This document shows, piece after piece, positions 20,788 through 31,701 of a stretch of 64,000 nucleotides of DNA. The notes beneath the pieces are model-generated. The model had not been told where the DNA came from and did no database searches. It worked only from the letters and a program-made list of their open reading frames with translations. The first letter of the stretch is position 1, and each line of letters starts with the position of its first letter. Source of the DNA: a virus (taxonomy: Duplodnaviria > Caudoviricetes); IMG/VR virus record IMGVR_UViG_3300042542_005523; one strand, written 5' to 3'. Position numbers and translations under genes: made by a program.

Positions 20788-23700
20788 ATGGCAGGCACCC
20801 AAAATTCGATAAGTTCTTTAGTGGCTCAATTTCTGAGGCTTCAAAAGAATGCCTTAGAAATTATTAATGGCTTAAATGAGGTAGCGACGTCTACAAATGA
20901 AACCGTTTCTATCGAGGTATTAGATGACAATGGGAATCCCACAACAGCGAGCATTCCTTCGTATGGATACATGAGAGCCCAAATCGAGAGGATTGATAAT
21001 AATATTAAATCTTTAGCTGGAATATCTAACGGATCAACTGTTAGAAATCCCGACGGAACATATTCGCAGGTCTTCAAAGCAGAGCCTTTAAAGAATCCTG
21101 CACCGATGAGCAATCTTCCCGTACCTGGAACATTCCAGACCAAGGACAATTGGTTCTTTGAAAGCTTTCTGAGTCCACTTTTATATGTGAGTATAGATGT
21201 AACAGGAAAGATCTCTGAAAATGCTGATAGAATACTTGTTAAAAGAATTATTGCTAACACAACAACTCAGGCTCAAAAGGATTTCTTTGATAATTCTTTA
21301 AAGGGTAGAAATGACGTTTCTTATGATACCTTCGTATCCGAATTAACTGCTGCGGGAATTCAATACTTCACTGACGAAAGTCTAGAGCAATTACCTCTGA
21401 GAAAACTTAGATATACTGGATCTTTTAGTGTTACCTCTTTTTACGATAGCGTTGTTTCTACAACAAGCCAAAATGGACAACTAGTTCAAACAACTGTTCG
21501 TAATTATAAACTAACAAGTTTAAAGTACACAGATACAACAACAGGGGTAAAGAATAGCAGGACACTCAATAACGGGAATAGACTAGCAACCGCAGACGGA
21601 ACGATCTATTTAATCACCTCTGTTAACCTAGACGAATCCTCAGTTCAATTACAGAGGGTATCCGGTTATCAGCAGGTTTTCTTAGGAGCTGATACACTTA
21701 GCTATTTCTCAAATGACCTTGGCGACAGATTCGTTGATGTTAACATCGGAAATGATGAAAGACAAGGAGTTTTCTTTAAGACAATCGATGATAATTTCAA
21801 TATAGTTTCATCTGAGTGGTCCACAGGTATCACATTCTGGAGCAGTGAATTAACCACGCTGGATTCAGCTGGTAATCTTGTTTCACTGGAACAGTTTTAT
21901 TTGACACAGGTAGCGGATATCGGTAAGGTATTTCTCGATATGGCAAAGGAAAAAACAGTTCCTGCTATTCAAGGATTAACACCTAACGTGCCTACTGTTG
22001 CTGAGACAAACTTTAAAGTGGTTCAAATTAACAAGCAGGTTACTGACTCTGTTTCTGCTAAAACAGCTACAGATAAGGTTGCTGCTAAAAGTTCACTTAA
22101 GACCGAAATAGATGCATTGGATGCTTCGATTAATCAAACTAAAGTTCAGCTAAACCAAGCTAAATCACTGGGCACAACTAAAGCTTCCTCCGGAGCAGTT
22201 AGTACGATACAAGCGAAATTAGATTCCCTTATAAACGAGAAATCAAAGAAGAGTCAGCTTTACTCTTCTGTTGTAAAGGACATCCAAACAACTACGTCGG
22301 ATCTTTCACAGATTGATACGCAGCCTAAATATAGGGTAAGAGGATTCTGGGCAATACCCGATCCTGTTTTCGATCCTTTAACCGGTTCTCAGCAGGTAAT
22401 AGCTTTCAAGGTAAGATACAGATATCTTTCCGATAGTGGTGCAACACAGCCAACTGAGCAAATTAAATTCGTTGATAATAACGGACAACAAAAGACCGGA
22501 GCTTTCTCCAACTGGGTAGAATATACAACTCCAATCAGAAAGAAAGTCTATGATGAGAATAGAGGAGTTTATGTTTGGGCTCCTGAGAATGTTGATAATG
22601 CTGATGCTCAAAATATAAATCAAATTGATATTCCCATTCAAAAGGGTGAAAAAGTAGAAATACAAATCGCATCTGTGTCTGAAGCGGGATGGCCTAATAA
22701 TCCTCACGTATCGATATATTCCGATCCTGTTTCTATTTCCTTCCCTAGCGACTTAGCTGTAAATGGTATAACTGATCTATTGAAGAAAAATAGCGAGGAT
22801 TCAGCAGTGGTAACGGTTCAGGAGAATCTTAATGCACAGGGACTTCCGCAGCATCTTTCCGAGCAGTTTACTGAGAATGTAGTTACATATTTCCACCAGG
22901 CCTCGAGTATAGCATCTGGCTTTTTCAATTCAGCGGGTGGAACCATAAGCATATTTGATAAATTAGCGGAACTTCAACAACAGATTGCCACACTACAATC
23001 TCTTGTCTCTGTTACTGTTGGTGTTCTTGAAGTTTATTTATTAGACGGTATTAGTTCACTTCAAGTTTCAGCTGGACAGGTAATTTCATTAAATGCGGGA
23101 TACTATAATGATCTATTTGACCTAACTGTTCCTGCAAATGTAGGTAAGATATACACTAAGACCTATCTTATATCCCTTACTAACTCTCAGGCAACCCCTG
23201 TAGAACTTCAGTCTATAGTTCCTGGTGGATTTACCACTCAAGCTCCTATTTCGACTTATCCACAGATAGATGGCTACGGAACTAACCTTAGATATGGTGC
23301 GGTTCCTTTATCGGTAACAACATACGCATCTTCAGACGTAATTTCAAATACCGACATTTATCAGGCTGCTCCTTTTGCATGTGCTCAAACATATGGACAG
23401 TACATGTATTCAAGGTACAAGAACATCGGATTGAATCAGGACCTATATCTAACAAGTTCACAGATACCGGCTTTCAATCCTTTATATGACTATTCAGGTA
23501 CTACACCTAGCACTTCCTTCTTTGGTGTAACTGGTGGAATTATGCCTCTCAATGGATCTTGTTTGATACCATATGATCCGCAAAATACGCCAGTCACAGC
23601 TTCCGGCGGTACAGCTGCAGGTATCTGGTCTGGTTTATGGTCAGGAACAACACCACAGGGAGGAGGGTACGTTTCAGAATTCTGTATATCTACAACCCAT

Positions 23701-24351
23701 CCTGCTCTGAATACTGGTGCTACAGGTGATTATGTTACCTACGTTAAGCCTAATTTCGATAATACCGTAACTGGGTCTATTTTGTATCCTGCATTCAGAC
23801 ATGCAATCGGATTCTACGCTGATACAACTCTACCTGAGTATTATTCACAAACTCAATATAGAACTCCAACAGCAGCGGCAGGAGCAACTGCTGCCTCTGT
23901 TGACATATACGATTCGCAGTGGCAGGATAGAGTTGGATTTGATGCAAACGATCAGTACCTCATTGGTAAATATTCCTGTGGTGCTTATCTTTTCTTAGGT
24001 ATACCACAAACAACTTATTTAGCTGTAGATGGATTTACGTCTCAGTCATCTAAGAGGATCTATCAAGGACAGAATAACTCTGTCAATATTCCGATTATAT
24101 TCCAATTTAGAGCACAGGATGTTGGCGGATATATCGGAGGATATAGAAAAGCTGGTACTTTGAGTAATGTAACTTATACTAAGAAGATTGGTATAGACTT
24201 ACAACAGAGAGCGATTAGTGTATTTTCTTTTGATATAGAAGTTACCGGTTCGTATAGAAACCAGACCCTTATAGCTCCTAACTTTGGCTCTCAAGTAACT
24301 CCACCAGCAAATTCTACGGTTAATATTATAAATAACGTACTACGTGGTTAA
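20788..24351 (+). CDS. Hypothetical virion structural protein with central coiled coil (1187 aa)
   Basis: Coiled coil KSSLKTEIDALDASINQTKVQL...; beta-sandwich-like segments; structural context. Confidence 0.55.
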   Translation: MAGTQNSISSLVAQFLRLQKNALEIINGLNEVATSTNETVSIEVLDDNGNPTTASIPSYGYMRAQIERIDNNIKSLAGISNGSTVRNPDGTYSQVFKAEPLKNPAPMSNLPVPGTFQTKDNWFFESFLSPLLYVSIDVTGKISENADRILVKRIIANTTTQAQKDFFDNSLKGRNDVSYDTFVSELTAAGIQYFTDESLEQLPLRKLRYTGSFSVTSFYDSVVSTTSQNGQLVQTTVRNYKLTSLKYTDTTTGVKNSRTLNNGNRLATADGTIYLITSVNLDESSVQLQRVSGYQQVFLGADTLSYFSNDLGDRFVDVNIGNDERQGVFFKTIDDNFNIVSSEWSTGITFWSSELTTLDSAGNLVSLEQFYLTQVADIGKVFLDMAKEKTVPAIQGLTPNVPTVAETNFKVVQINKQVTDSVSAKTATDKVAAKSSLKTEIDALDASINQTKVQLNQAKSLGTTKASSGAVSTIQAKLDSLINEKSKKSQLYSSVVKDIQTTTSDLSQIDTQPKYRVRGFWAIPDPVFDPLTGSQQVIAFKVRYRYLSDSGATQPTEQIKFVDNNGQQKTGAFSNWVEYTTPIRKKVYDENRGVYVWAPENVDNADAQNINQIDIPIQKGEKVEIQIASVSEAGWPNNPHVSIYSDPVSISFPSDLAVNGITDLLKKNSEDSAVVTVQENLNAQGLPQHLSEQFTENVVTYFHQASSIASGFFNSAGGTISIFDKLAELQQQIATLQSLVSVTVGVLEVYLLDGISSLQVSAGQVISLNAGYYNDLFDLTVPANVGKIYTKTYLISLTNSQATPVELQSIVPGGFTTQAPISTYPQIDGYGTNLRYGAVPLSVTTYASSDVISNTDIYQAAPFACAQTYGQYMYSRYKNIGLNQDLYLTSSQIPAFNPLYDYSGTTPSTSFFGVTGGIMPLNGSCLIPYDPQNTPVTASGGTAAGIWSGLWSGTTPQGGGYVSEFCISTTHPALNTGATGDYVTYVKPNFDNTVTGSILYPAFRHAIGFYADTTLPEYYSQTQYRTPTAAAGATAASVDIYDSQWQDRVGFDANDQYLIGKYSCGAYLFLGIPQTTYLAVDGFTSQSSKRIYQGQNNSVNIPIIFQFRAQDVGGYIGGYRKAGTLSNVTYTKKIGIDLQQRAISVFSFDIEVTGSYRNQTLIAPNFGSQVTPPANSTVNIINNVLRG

Positions 24352-24406
24352 AATGGTAATTCTATTTTGGATTGAACAAATGGAATTGACAGCCTTTTTA
24401 ATCGAT

Positions 24407-24414
24407 GATAAATA
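24407..24414 (+). promoter_or_regulatory. Putative phage late promoter box GATAAATA
   Basis: 30 nt upstream of ATG 24445. Confidence 0.55.
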
Positions 24415-24444
24415 CTAATAACAGATTCTAATAATTATTAGTAA

Positions 24445-27400
24445 ATGGCATTTCAAAAGTTATACGACTACAACACCTCATTCTCTTTAATGAGAACAAA
24501 TCCCGTTTTATCGGGAAATGTAAAAATCACTGTTGATTCAGATGGAGGGGTTTGGCTGAATTCGATTAATGCGGATACCTCTTTAAGTACTGATACTTTT
24601 AAAAAGTATAATGTTACCGGAGAAAAAACATACGCACAGGATCTTTTTCAATTCTTTAACCCTAGCCTAATATCTAGAAGCATTGTTTTTAAGGTTGGTC
24701 AATTGACAAACGGTGAGAATCAATCCACTAATAACTATGCAGGGCAATATGATTTTTTATATTCTGCTGGTTCTCAAACACTTATAGATAAAAATTATCC
24801 GGAAGACTTCTCTTATTTTGCACCACTTTGGGTAAAGAGTGAGATACCTGATTTCTTTGTTATATTCAAAGTACCTGGACCTCTTTCCTATACATATTCA
24901 CAGAATCAGACTGTTATCAATTCTGGTGTGAAGTATAAGGTGGTTAAGAATTACGATCAGGATAATTTTGTGGTCAGATACGGAGTAGACGGAAGTGGAA
25001 ATCCAGTTTATTATCAAAGTGGAGATTTTTTCACTGGTCTAAACTCTCTAACATCGTATAGCATTTTTTCAGGAAGCGGATCTGTTGTTATATTCGATGA
25101 ACTCTATAACATTAATAATGTAGATGATGTACAGACTTATTTTACCGATAAAATATTACCAAATTCCGGCGTAATAAAAACTTTCGATCTTAGGTCTGGT
25201 ACAAGAATAGGTAACTATATCAGAGGTATATTTTCGGACATTGGGGAATCGTATTCACCAGTGAACATTAATCTAGGGGATGGCGGATTTACCTACTTCA
25301 ATGGTATATCTGTAAATTCTGGAGTTTACACACAAGCGGGTGAATTGACCTGGGATTATTTCACAAGCTCTGATTCAACTGTACAAATCGACTTGGAAAG
25401 ATTTATCACGGAAGGATTTTCTAGAAATGGGATAATTTGTCCTAGCCTTTTAAATCTTGAATTCCTTTTTGATGATCCTGAAGCAGTTGACTACGATATC
25501 AATAGATATTACGGAGCCTATGTTTCTAGAAACGACACTGGTGAATTTATACTAAATGGTGAATTTCTTTATCAATTTAGAAATTCAGAGGGTAATCAAA
25601 ATTACCCGATACCTAGCAGAAACGCATTCGGTTACTATTACGATAACACATCGTACCCTGTAGCTGCTACAGCAGGTGTTAGATTATATTATGAGGGAGC
25701 AAGTGGATTCCTTCCTGGATCAAATGACACTAATTCGATTAGCTCTTTGAAGTTATTCTATGTAACCGATAAGAATGACAACTTCTACTCACTTAAGAGA
25801 ATTGATAACTGGGATAATTCAGTAACTGCAAGTTCTCCTTATGGTTACGGCCCTTATGATCCTTCTACAGAATTCTTTAGTGCTACTGGATCTACCGGAT
25901 GCACTGCAGGAACTTTTGTTTTACAGAACACATCAGTGGATCTTTTAAACTTCACAGGTATAGAGAATCAAGCTGTGAGTGCCAATGGATTTATAGCCGG
26001 TAAAAACGGAAACCCTTATTTCAACATAGAATTCCTACAACCTTGGAATATCCCAAGCAAAGATATTGTGATCAAGGTATATTGGCCACAGGGATCTAGA
26101 TCGGAGGGAGCGGAGAGATTTGATATAATTAGAAGTGGTGATTTTTCTGCTACGATAGTTTGGGTAGCTGGTAGCACATATAGTAGCGGGAACGACTATT
26201 ATTTTAACGCATCTGCAGGTACTACCGGTGACATAGCTAATTCTTTTTCAACTTCAGTTTATGAAGTTTCCGAATTGGTGTGGGATTCTGGTACAGTTGA
26301 ATCTAGCTCTATAATTAGAGTTAAAAATGCTAACGATATAGGCAATTCCACCTATTACATATCGGTCTTCGATGACTATGACTATTTTGAATCAAAATAT
26401 CAATGGATGTGGTCACCGTCTAGCGCATATTCTATTGGTGACATTGTAAGATATGGCAGCCAATATTACCAGGCACTTTCAAACGTTACCGCTTCCCCTT
26501 CCTCATCCAATCAAAATCCTGATGATTTAGAGGGAACTACTTGGGAAAAATATTATTCATTTTCTAATAGCGGATACCTTAATATTAAAGACGAAGACGC
26601 AGCCTTAGTTTCCGGAGTTAAGTATTTTCAAGGTGGTACAGATAAGCCGCTAGTTAGGGTATCCTTTGACGATGATATTTTAAATATTGTCAGAATAGGT
26701 AACTTCATACAAACCAAGCAGGGATTCTCCAGAATACAGGAGGTTGGTAGATATGTTGACGATCCGATATATGATACAAACACCAAACTTGTTACTGGAT
26801 TTAATGACTATAGTCTATTTAGAACTGCTGTTATTGCTGACCCGTATGAACAAATAGTTCTAGGCTCTGATTCGAAGTTCAATGTATTTGAACCCTATAT
26901 TTTAAAAACTGGCGTATTTACATTTTTTGATTTCAAGGATTTTGATTTCGATTTTTGGTCATCTGTATATGGTATAAATCCAAATTACGAGACGTTCCGA
27001 TATTTCCAACTTTTACCCGATACGGAAGGAGAAATAGTAGCTGATATACCTTATTATGTAAAGAACGGATCCGTCTATTATAACGGCATTCTTTATAATG
27101 GAACTAACACCTTCACCGGTGTTAGCGGTGCTTCTAGTTTTACAAATAATAATACATCAACGATAATTCCTGTTGTTTATCCTCTTGAGTTTTCCAATGC
27201 TTTATATGAGACATATAGTACAGATACTGGATATGAAAAAAATCTAAACAGCTTCCAGGGGTTCATTGGTATCAGATCGATAGAGCAAACTAATTTACAG
27301 CCAAATAATGCAACAAAAGAGCAGCAATTTAATTACGGATTGCTTGCTAGCGAGTACTCTTATTTACAGGAGAATTACACGATTGAAAGAGCTAATTTAT

Positions 27401-29946
27401 CTAGAATAGTTCCTTTCATAAATAAATGGGGATATAAAAACGGTACTGATTCTAGAGGTCACCAATATAGATTAAATCTTAGTCCTTCTTTTTCTCCAAG
27501 TAACTTTTCACCTACGTTCCAGAATTTCTATCCTGACCCTAAGTATTTGACTCACGAATGGTTCCTTCTGGAAAATGTACCAAGGGAATTTCCTGTAGAA
27601 TTTATGAAGGATCAACAAAGTTATATGGCTGGACCTATAGATCTTGGTTCAGCTGTAGATACAACACCTAATTCTTCTGATTATTTGCCGTCTTACTTTA
27701 CAGTAACACCTGAGGATTATCCATCTGAATATCAAGATTTGACAGATCAGACAAAGGAGCTATTTACAGAGTTTACCTACAACGAGGGTAACGGTTATTA
27801 TGAAACTATCTTTAGAGGAGCAAAAGTTGTATTAAAGAAAAGATCTGATTTCAAAGCTGATATCCAAGGAAACGATGTTAATCTTTATGTCGATGGATAT
27901 AGAGGATATGAGGGATATAGATATGCTTCTCTGCTAAGAGTAATCCCGGAGAATTCCACTACAATACAAACTCCCGTATCATACAGATTCATAGAAAACA
28001 ACACCCAGAAGTTTATAATTATGCTGATTGATGTTGTGATGAATGACTATAAGCTACAACCATTGGGATATACCGGGGGAACTGGCGGATCACCTATAGC
28101 TGACTATACCCTCCTTTATACTCTGAGCGACAAGAACGAGCTTGCTTCATCTTTTGTTAACGGACAGCCTTTATATACTATTGCGGATACAAAACTAAGT
28201 GCAGCTTTAAATCTATCTAATGCATCAGGCAGTGTTGTTAATACTTCAACAAATCCCGGAAGGATAGTGATAACACCAAATCCCAGCTACGATACAGATT
28301 TAAGAGAGGAGGTTAATCTAACGTACCCAAATAGCGCTTCAGCTTCGGGATTGAGTTATCAAGGACCAGGAAGTTTCTCCGTACCTGATATAGGAACTCA
28401 GTACCCTTGGGCAACTGGAGTTGGCGAGAGATTTTTAGAATTTGGACCAGTGGGACAAAATGGCAATTATTATTTTACCATACCTTTCTCATTTTCAAGT
28501 CCTGTTACCGTTCCTGTCGGTACTAGCAGTATCTATAGAAACAAGCCTGTTTTTCAAGTGGAAGGTGGACAAAATTATTTTGATTTCATAGCAAAAAGAA
28601 CTTCTTTTTCTTATGTTGCTGATAAAGTAAATGCTCTTAATTCCTATGTTACCTACGAATCCTACTTTTATAACGATTCCACATCAGCATCCTCTGTAAA
28701 ACCGGATGATTTTTCTATCTACTTCGAGGATCCAGCTGAACTGTATAAAATTGCAGAATCCAGACCTGTTAAAGTTTATTCGTCTACTGCTGCTAGCTTT
28801 AGACCCGGATTGATACCAGGAAGAGGTCCACAGACTGAATCTGTGAGACAAGCTAATTCTTACGATATACAGGTTTTACCAGCAGGTGTTCCGTCTCAAC
28901 TTCTTAGGCATTCTGGAAAATACGAGCCCATGTTTAGGAAGACGATATTCTTCCAGTCTGATAAGGACGATACCATACCTAACACGGGAATAAATTTATC
29001 ATTTAGAAACTGTACATTTTCTCCTCAAACACTCGATTTTGGATTAATAAGAAATCTGAATTACACAAAGGTATCTGAAAACAATATTCTACAGGCTAGC
29101 GAGAAATTGCCAGCAGGTCCAAGATACCCACTCGTTGGTCAAACACCTATTGCTAGAAAAGATTTTAACGTTTTCCAGTCCTCGTGGGATGCTGGATATT
29201 ACAACAAGTACACTTCGGCTACTGTGGAAACACCAGTTGCTGGTACTAGGTCCATGATTGAGCAAAAAAGCTTTCTTGGAAGTAAGATGATGAAGACCCC
29301 AAAGAATATCATTATAGACAATCAGATAGTTCTTCAGCTGAGTAATACCGCCGGGACTAGCGACGTTAGCACTATAAACACAGATGCTTTCAATTCATTA
29401 ATCACCATACAGAATATAACGACTTCTAATTCGGCATCAGGTATAGGTGTACTTCTACCCTATAATACATCTATTCCTATTCAGTCACTGAATGTTAATA
29501 TATTTCCTAATGTTGAGATATTCTGGCAAAAACCAAACGCCACAACTATAACAGGTGTAATTAGATTGGATAGAATGCTAAGAAGATATCTAATGAATGA
29601 TGGCGTAGGAAACGTTTTCTTGGATAACATTATATCTGAATTTGGGGTAGGTGATCCTGCTTCTATACAGGATGATATACTGTCTTATCTTGAATTGAAT
29701 ATAGCACCTGTATATGAAGGATCTGTATTACTTGTCTATGCTAAAAAGACAGCAACGGGTACGCAGGATCCAAAATACCAGGTTAGAGGTGATATAGCTG
29801 CATCAGAAAGATTAAGAAATGGATATTTGCCAGATAAGAACTTAATTCTAACGAAGGTTAATAATTTAGTTTATAATTTCACATATAAACTGGAGCCCAA
29901 TTTTAATTACCAGATTATATTCAGATTTAATATAGATAAAATTTAA
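24445..29946 (+). CDS. Very large virion structural protein (1833 aa) with a CBM5/12-like module
   Basis: WSPSSAYSIGDIVRYGSQYYQAL...TTWEK at about 26410-26550 matches the small chitin/carbohydrate-binding type-3 module pattern. Confidence 0.55.
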   Translation: MAFQKLYDYNTSFSLMRTNPVLSGNVKITVDSDGGVWLNSINADTSLSTDTFKKYNVTGEKTYAQDLFQFFNPSLISRSIVFKVGQLTNGENQSTNNYAGQYDFLYSAGSQTLIDKNYPEDFSYFAPLWVKSEIPDFFVIFKVPGPLSYTYSQNQTVINSGVKYKVVKNYDQDNFVVRYGVDGSGNPVYYQSGDFFTGLNSLTSYSIFSGSGSVVIFDELYNINNVDDVQTYFTDKILPNSGVIKTFDLRSGTRIGNYIRGIFSDIGESYSPVNINLGDGGFTYFNGISVNSGVYTQAGELTWDYFTSSDSTVQIDLERFITEGFSRNGIICPSLLNLEFLFDDPEAVDYDINRYYGAYVSRNDTGEFILNGEFLYQFRNSEGNQNYPIPSRNAFGYYYDNTSYPVAATAGVRLYYEGASGFLPGSNDTNSISSLKLFYVTDKNDNFYSLKRIDNWDNSVTASSPYGYGPYDPSTEFFSATGSTGCTAGTFVLQNTSVDLLNFTGIENQAVSANGFIAGKNGNPYFNIEFLQPWNIPSKDIVIKVYWPQGSRSEGAERFDIIRSGDFSATIVWVAGSTYSSGNDYYFNASAGTTGDIANSFSTSVYEVSELVWDSGTVESSSIIRVKNANDIGNSTYYISVFDDYDYFESKYQWMWSPSSAYSIGDIVRYGSQYYQALSNVTASPSSSNQNPDDLEGTTWEKYYSFSNSGYLNIKDEDAALVSGVKYFQGGTDKPLVRVSFDDDILNIVRIGNFIQTKQGFSRIQEVGRYVDDPIYDTNTKLVTGFNDYSLFRTAVIADPYEQIVLGSDSKFNVFEPYILKTGVFTFFDFKDFDFDFWSSVYGINPNYETFRYFQLLPDTEGEIVADIPYYVKNGSVYYNGILYNGTNTFTGVSGASSFTNNNTSTIIPVVYPLEFSNALYETYSTDTGYEKNLNSFQGFIGIRSIEQTNLQPNNATKEQQFNYGLLASEYSYLQENYTIERANLSRIVPFINKWGYKNGTDSRGHQYRLNLSPSFSPSNFSPTFQNFYPDPKYLTHEWFLLENVPREFPVEFMKDQQSYMAGPIDLGSAVDTTPNSSDYLPSYFTVTPEDYPSEYQDLTDQTKELFTEFTYNEGNGYYETIFRGAKVVLKKRSDFKADIQGNDVNLYVDGYRGYEGYRYASLLRVIPENSTTIQTPVSYRFIENNTQKFIIMLIDVVMNDYKLQPLGYTGGTGGSPIADYTLLYTLSDKNELASSFVNGQPLYTIADTKLSAALNLSNASGSVVNTSTNPGRIVITPNPSYDTDLREEVNLTYPNSASASGLSYQGPGSFSVPDIGTQYPWATGVGERFLEFGPVGQNGNYYFTIPFSFSSPVTVPVGTSSIYRNKPVFQVEGGQNYFDFIAKRTSFSYVADKVNALNSYVTYESYFYNDSTSASSVKPDDFSIYFEDPAELYKIAESRPVKVYSSTAASFRPGLIPGRGPQTESVRQANSYDIQVLPAGVPSQLLRHSGKYEPMFRKTIFFQSDKDDTIPNTGINLSFRNCTFSPQTLDFGLIRNLNYTKVSENNILQASEKLPAGPRYPLVGQTPIARKDFNVFQSSWDAGYYNKYTSATVETPVAGTRSMIEQKSFLGSKMMKTPKNIIIDNQIVLQLSNTAGTSDVSTINTDAFNSLITIQNITTSNSASGIGVLLPYNTSIPIQSLNVNIFPNVEIFWQKPNATTITGVIRLDRMLRRYLMNDGVGNVFLDNIISEFGVGDPASIQDDILSYLELNIAPVYEGSVLLVYAKKTATGTQDPKYQVRGDIAASERLRNGYLPDKNLILTKVNNLVYNFTYKLEPNFNYQIIFRFNIDKI

Positions 29947-29951
29947 TAGGA

Positions 29952-31142
29952 ATGTCTAGACTAAATTTACAAACTTTCTATCCCGCGGACCCACAGGCTG
30001 ATTTGGTCAATAAGCTGAATCAGAATTTTAATCAGATGTCTAATGCCATGGGAGGCACTCTAGGTGATCAAGGACCTACGGGGGAAAGAGGAACTATAGG
30101 ACATGCTGGACCGGCTGGTTCAACAGGAGAAACCGGAAGAAGAGGAAGCAGATGGTTCGTACAGGTCTCTGGCCCAACCGGGCTAGATGTGAACACTGGA
30201 GATTTTTGGATGGATGCAAACGCAGATTGTTATATCTACGGAGCTACTGGATGGAATTACATCGCCAGTCTAGAAAGAGATCAGGACTTATTTAAGAATA
30301 TAACTGGTGTTGTTGGACCTAGTGGTCAAAGCTATGGTATAGCTGTGGCTTTAAATCAGGGGGATCTACAGGATTTTGCATTTGTTGTTGCAGATGATAA
30401 TCCGGAGCAAGCCGGTAACTTAAATCCACAGGGTGCTAAATTCGTTGTGTCCACTAACACTGATATAGATTCCGACTACCTCCTGGAATTCAGCAGGGCT
30501 GATCTAGATACAGCTGGATCAACTGGTGCAACGTCAGACTTCGTTAAGCATCCATTTTTCTCGTGGGGTGATAGTCTGAATTTAGATTCAATCGTTCCTT
30601 ATGGGCCATATAAGATTGATTTTGGAGGTGGTGCTACAGGATACATGAGCATAAATGCTTCCAATCAGATTAAGTTTGAATCCCTGGCTAGCTCAATAAC
30701 TCTAGCAAATCAAAATATGACGGCGGGCGGAAACGTTATACTCAATGCACCAGCGGGTAATTTATTATCTGCAGGAACTACTAATATTCTGATCACCCCA
30801 TCATACGCTGACTTTGGAAACGACCTTTCGGGAGGGATAAAATTTAATTTTAATTTTTATCCAAGCGTAGCAACGAACAATGGATATTTCAACATCACTA
30901 AAAATGCCGGAGATTCTATCTCTACGCAACCTTATACACAGATACCTTTCCGTGTTACTAGGCTTTTTAACTACGATACCTCCCTGAATGCAACAGTTGG
31001 AGTTAATTTAGCTAAGTTTTCTTCTGGGCAATCCGGTACCGTTTTGGAAATTAGAGCAAATGGTAAAGTTTATACGAAAAAAACTTCGGAAAAGTACTAT
31101 AATAATACTAACAGTCCAGTCTTTACTTGGACTACCCCTTAA
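29952..31142 (+). CDS. Tail-fibre-like protein, paralog 1 (short collagen-like Gly-X-Y run)
   Basis: DLVNKLNQNFNQM, GDQGPTGERGTIGHAGPAGSTGETGRRGSRWF, GDFWMD. Confidence 0.65.
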   Translation: MSRLNLQTFYPADPQADLVNKLNQNFNQMSNAMGGTLGDQGPTGERGTIGHAGPAGSTGETGRRGSRWFVQVSGPTGLDVNTGDFWMDANADCYIYGATGWNYIASLERDQDLFKNITGVVGPSGQSYGIAVALNQGDLQDFAFVVADDNPEQAGNLNPQGAKFVVSTNTDIDSDYLLEFSRADLDTAGSTGATSDFVKHPFFSWGDSLNLDSIVPYGPYKIDFGGGATGYMSINASNQIKFESLASSITLANQNMTAGGNVILNAPAGNLLSAGTTNILITPSYADFGNDLSGGIKFNFNFYPSVATNNGYFNITKNAGDSISTQPYTQIPFRVTRLFNYDTSLNATVGVNLAKFSSGQSGTVLEIRANGKVYTKKTSEKYYNNTNSPVFTWTTP

Positions 31143-31158
31143 ATATTTGATTTAGAAT

Positions 31159-31683
31159 ATGCCAGTTACACCTCAGTTAGAAAATAAAATAAATTGGTAC
31201 GAAATACCATATTTTGATTTAATAGATTCTAGAACTATCTTTATAGATCCATCTTATGGTGCTGTTGGAACAGACAGCACTGCTACAGCTGAGGCTAATG
31301 GGGCTTATCTGGGCATTGGATTTAATTTGGATAATTATATTTCAATAGACGCTATACCAAAGAGCGAGGCTGTTAAGCTGAGAATAATATGTGATAGACC
31401 TATACCCAGTTCTTCCACGCCTTCACTTAGTGGTTTTTCTTTTATAGGATTTTGGAGCGGTGCAACTAGACCCCAGACACTAAACTCTGATTATTTTATA
31501 TTTGGTGCTACCACTTCTAATCTTAACGTATGCTCCCAGATAGAGGTTACTGTTTTCGGATCAAATACAACTACAACAGCAAGCACACAGCCAGGAGCAA
31601 CTGCTTACCCTTGGGTTTTCTGGGAGGCTTATAGTTATAACGGAAAGGGCGGATGGAGTGGAAATTTTGTGCTAGCCCCTTAA
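31159..31683 (+). CDS. Hypothetical protein (possible fibre-tip or fibre-associated protein)
   Basis: ORF between fibre paralogs; its composition resembles the C-terminal domains of paralogs 2 and 3. Confidence 0.5.
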   Translation: MPVTPQLENKINWYEIPYFDLIDSRTIFIDPSYGAVGTDSTATAEANGAYLGIGFNLDNYISIDAIPKSEAVKLRIICDRPIPSSSTPSLSGFSFIGFWSGATRPQTLNSDYFIFGATTSNLNVCSQIEVTVFGSNTTTTASTQPGATAYPWVFWEAYSYNGKGGWSGNFVLAP

Positions 31684-31688
31684 TGAGC

Positions 31689-31696
31689 AATATATA
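31689..31696 (+). promoter_or_regulatory. Late promoter-like box AATATATA (variant)
   Basis: Ends 5 nt before ATG 31702. Confidence 0.45.
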
Positions 31697-31701
31697 GATA
31701 G

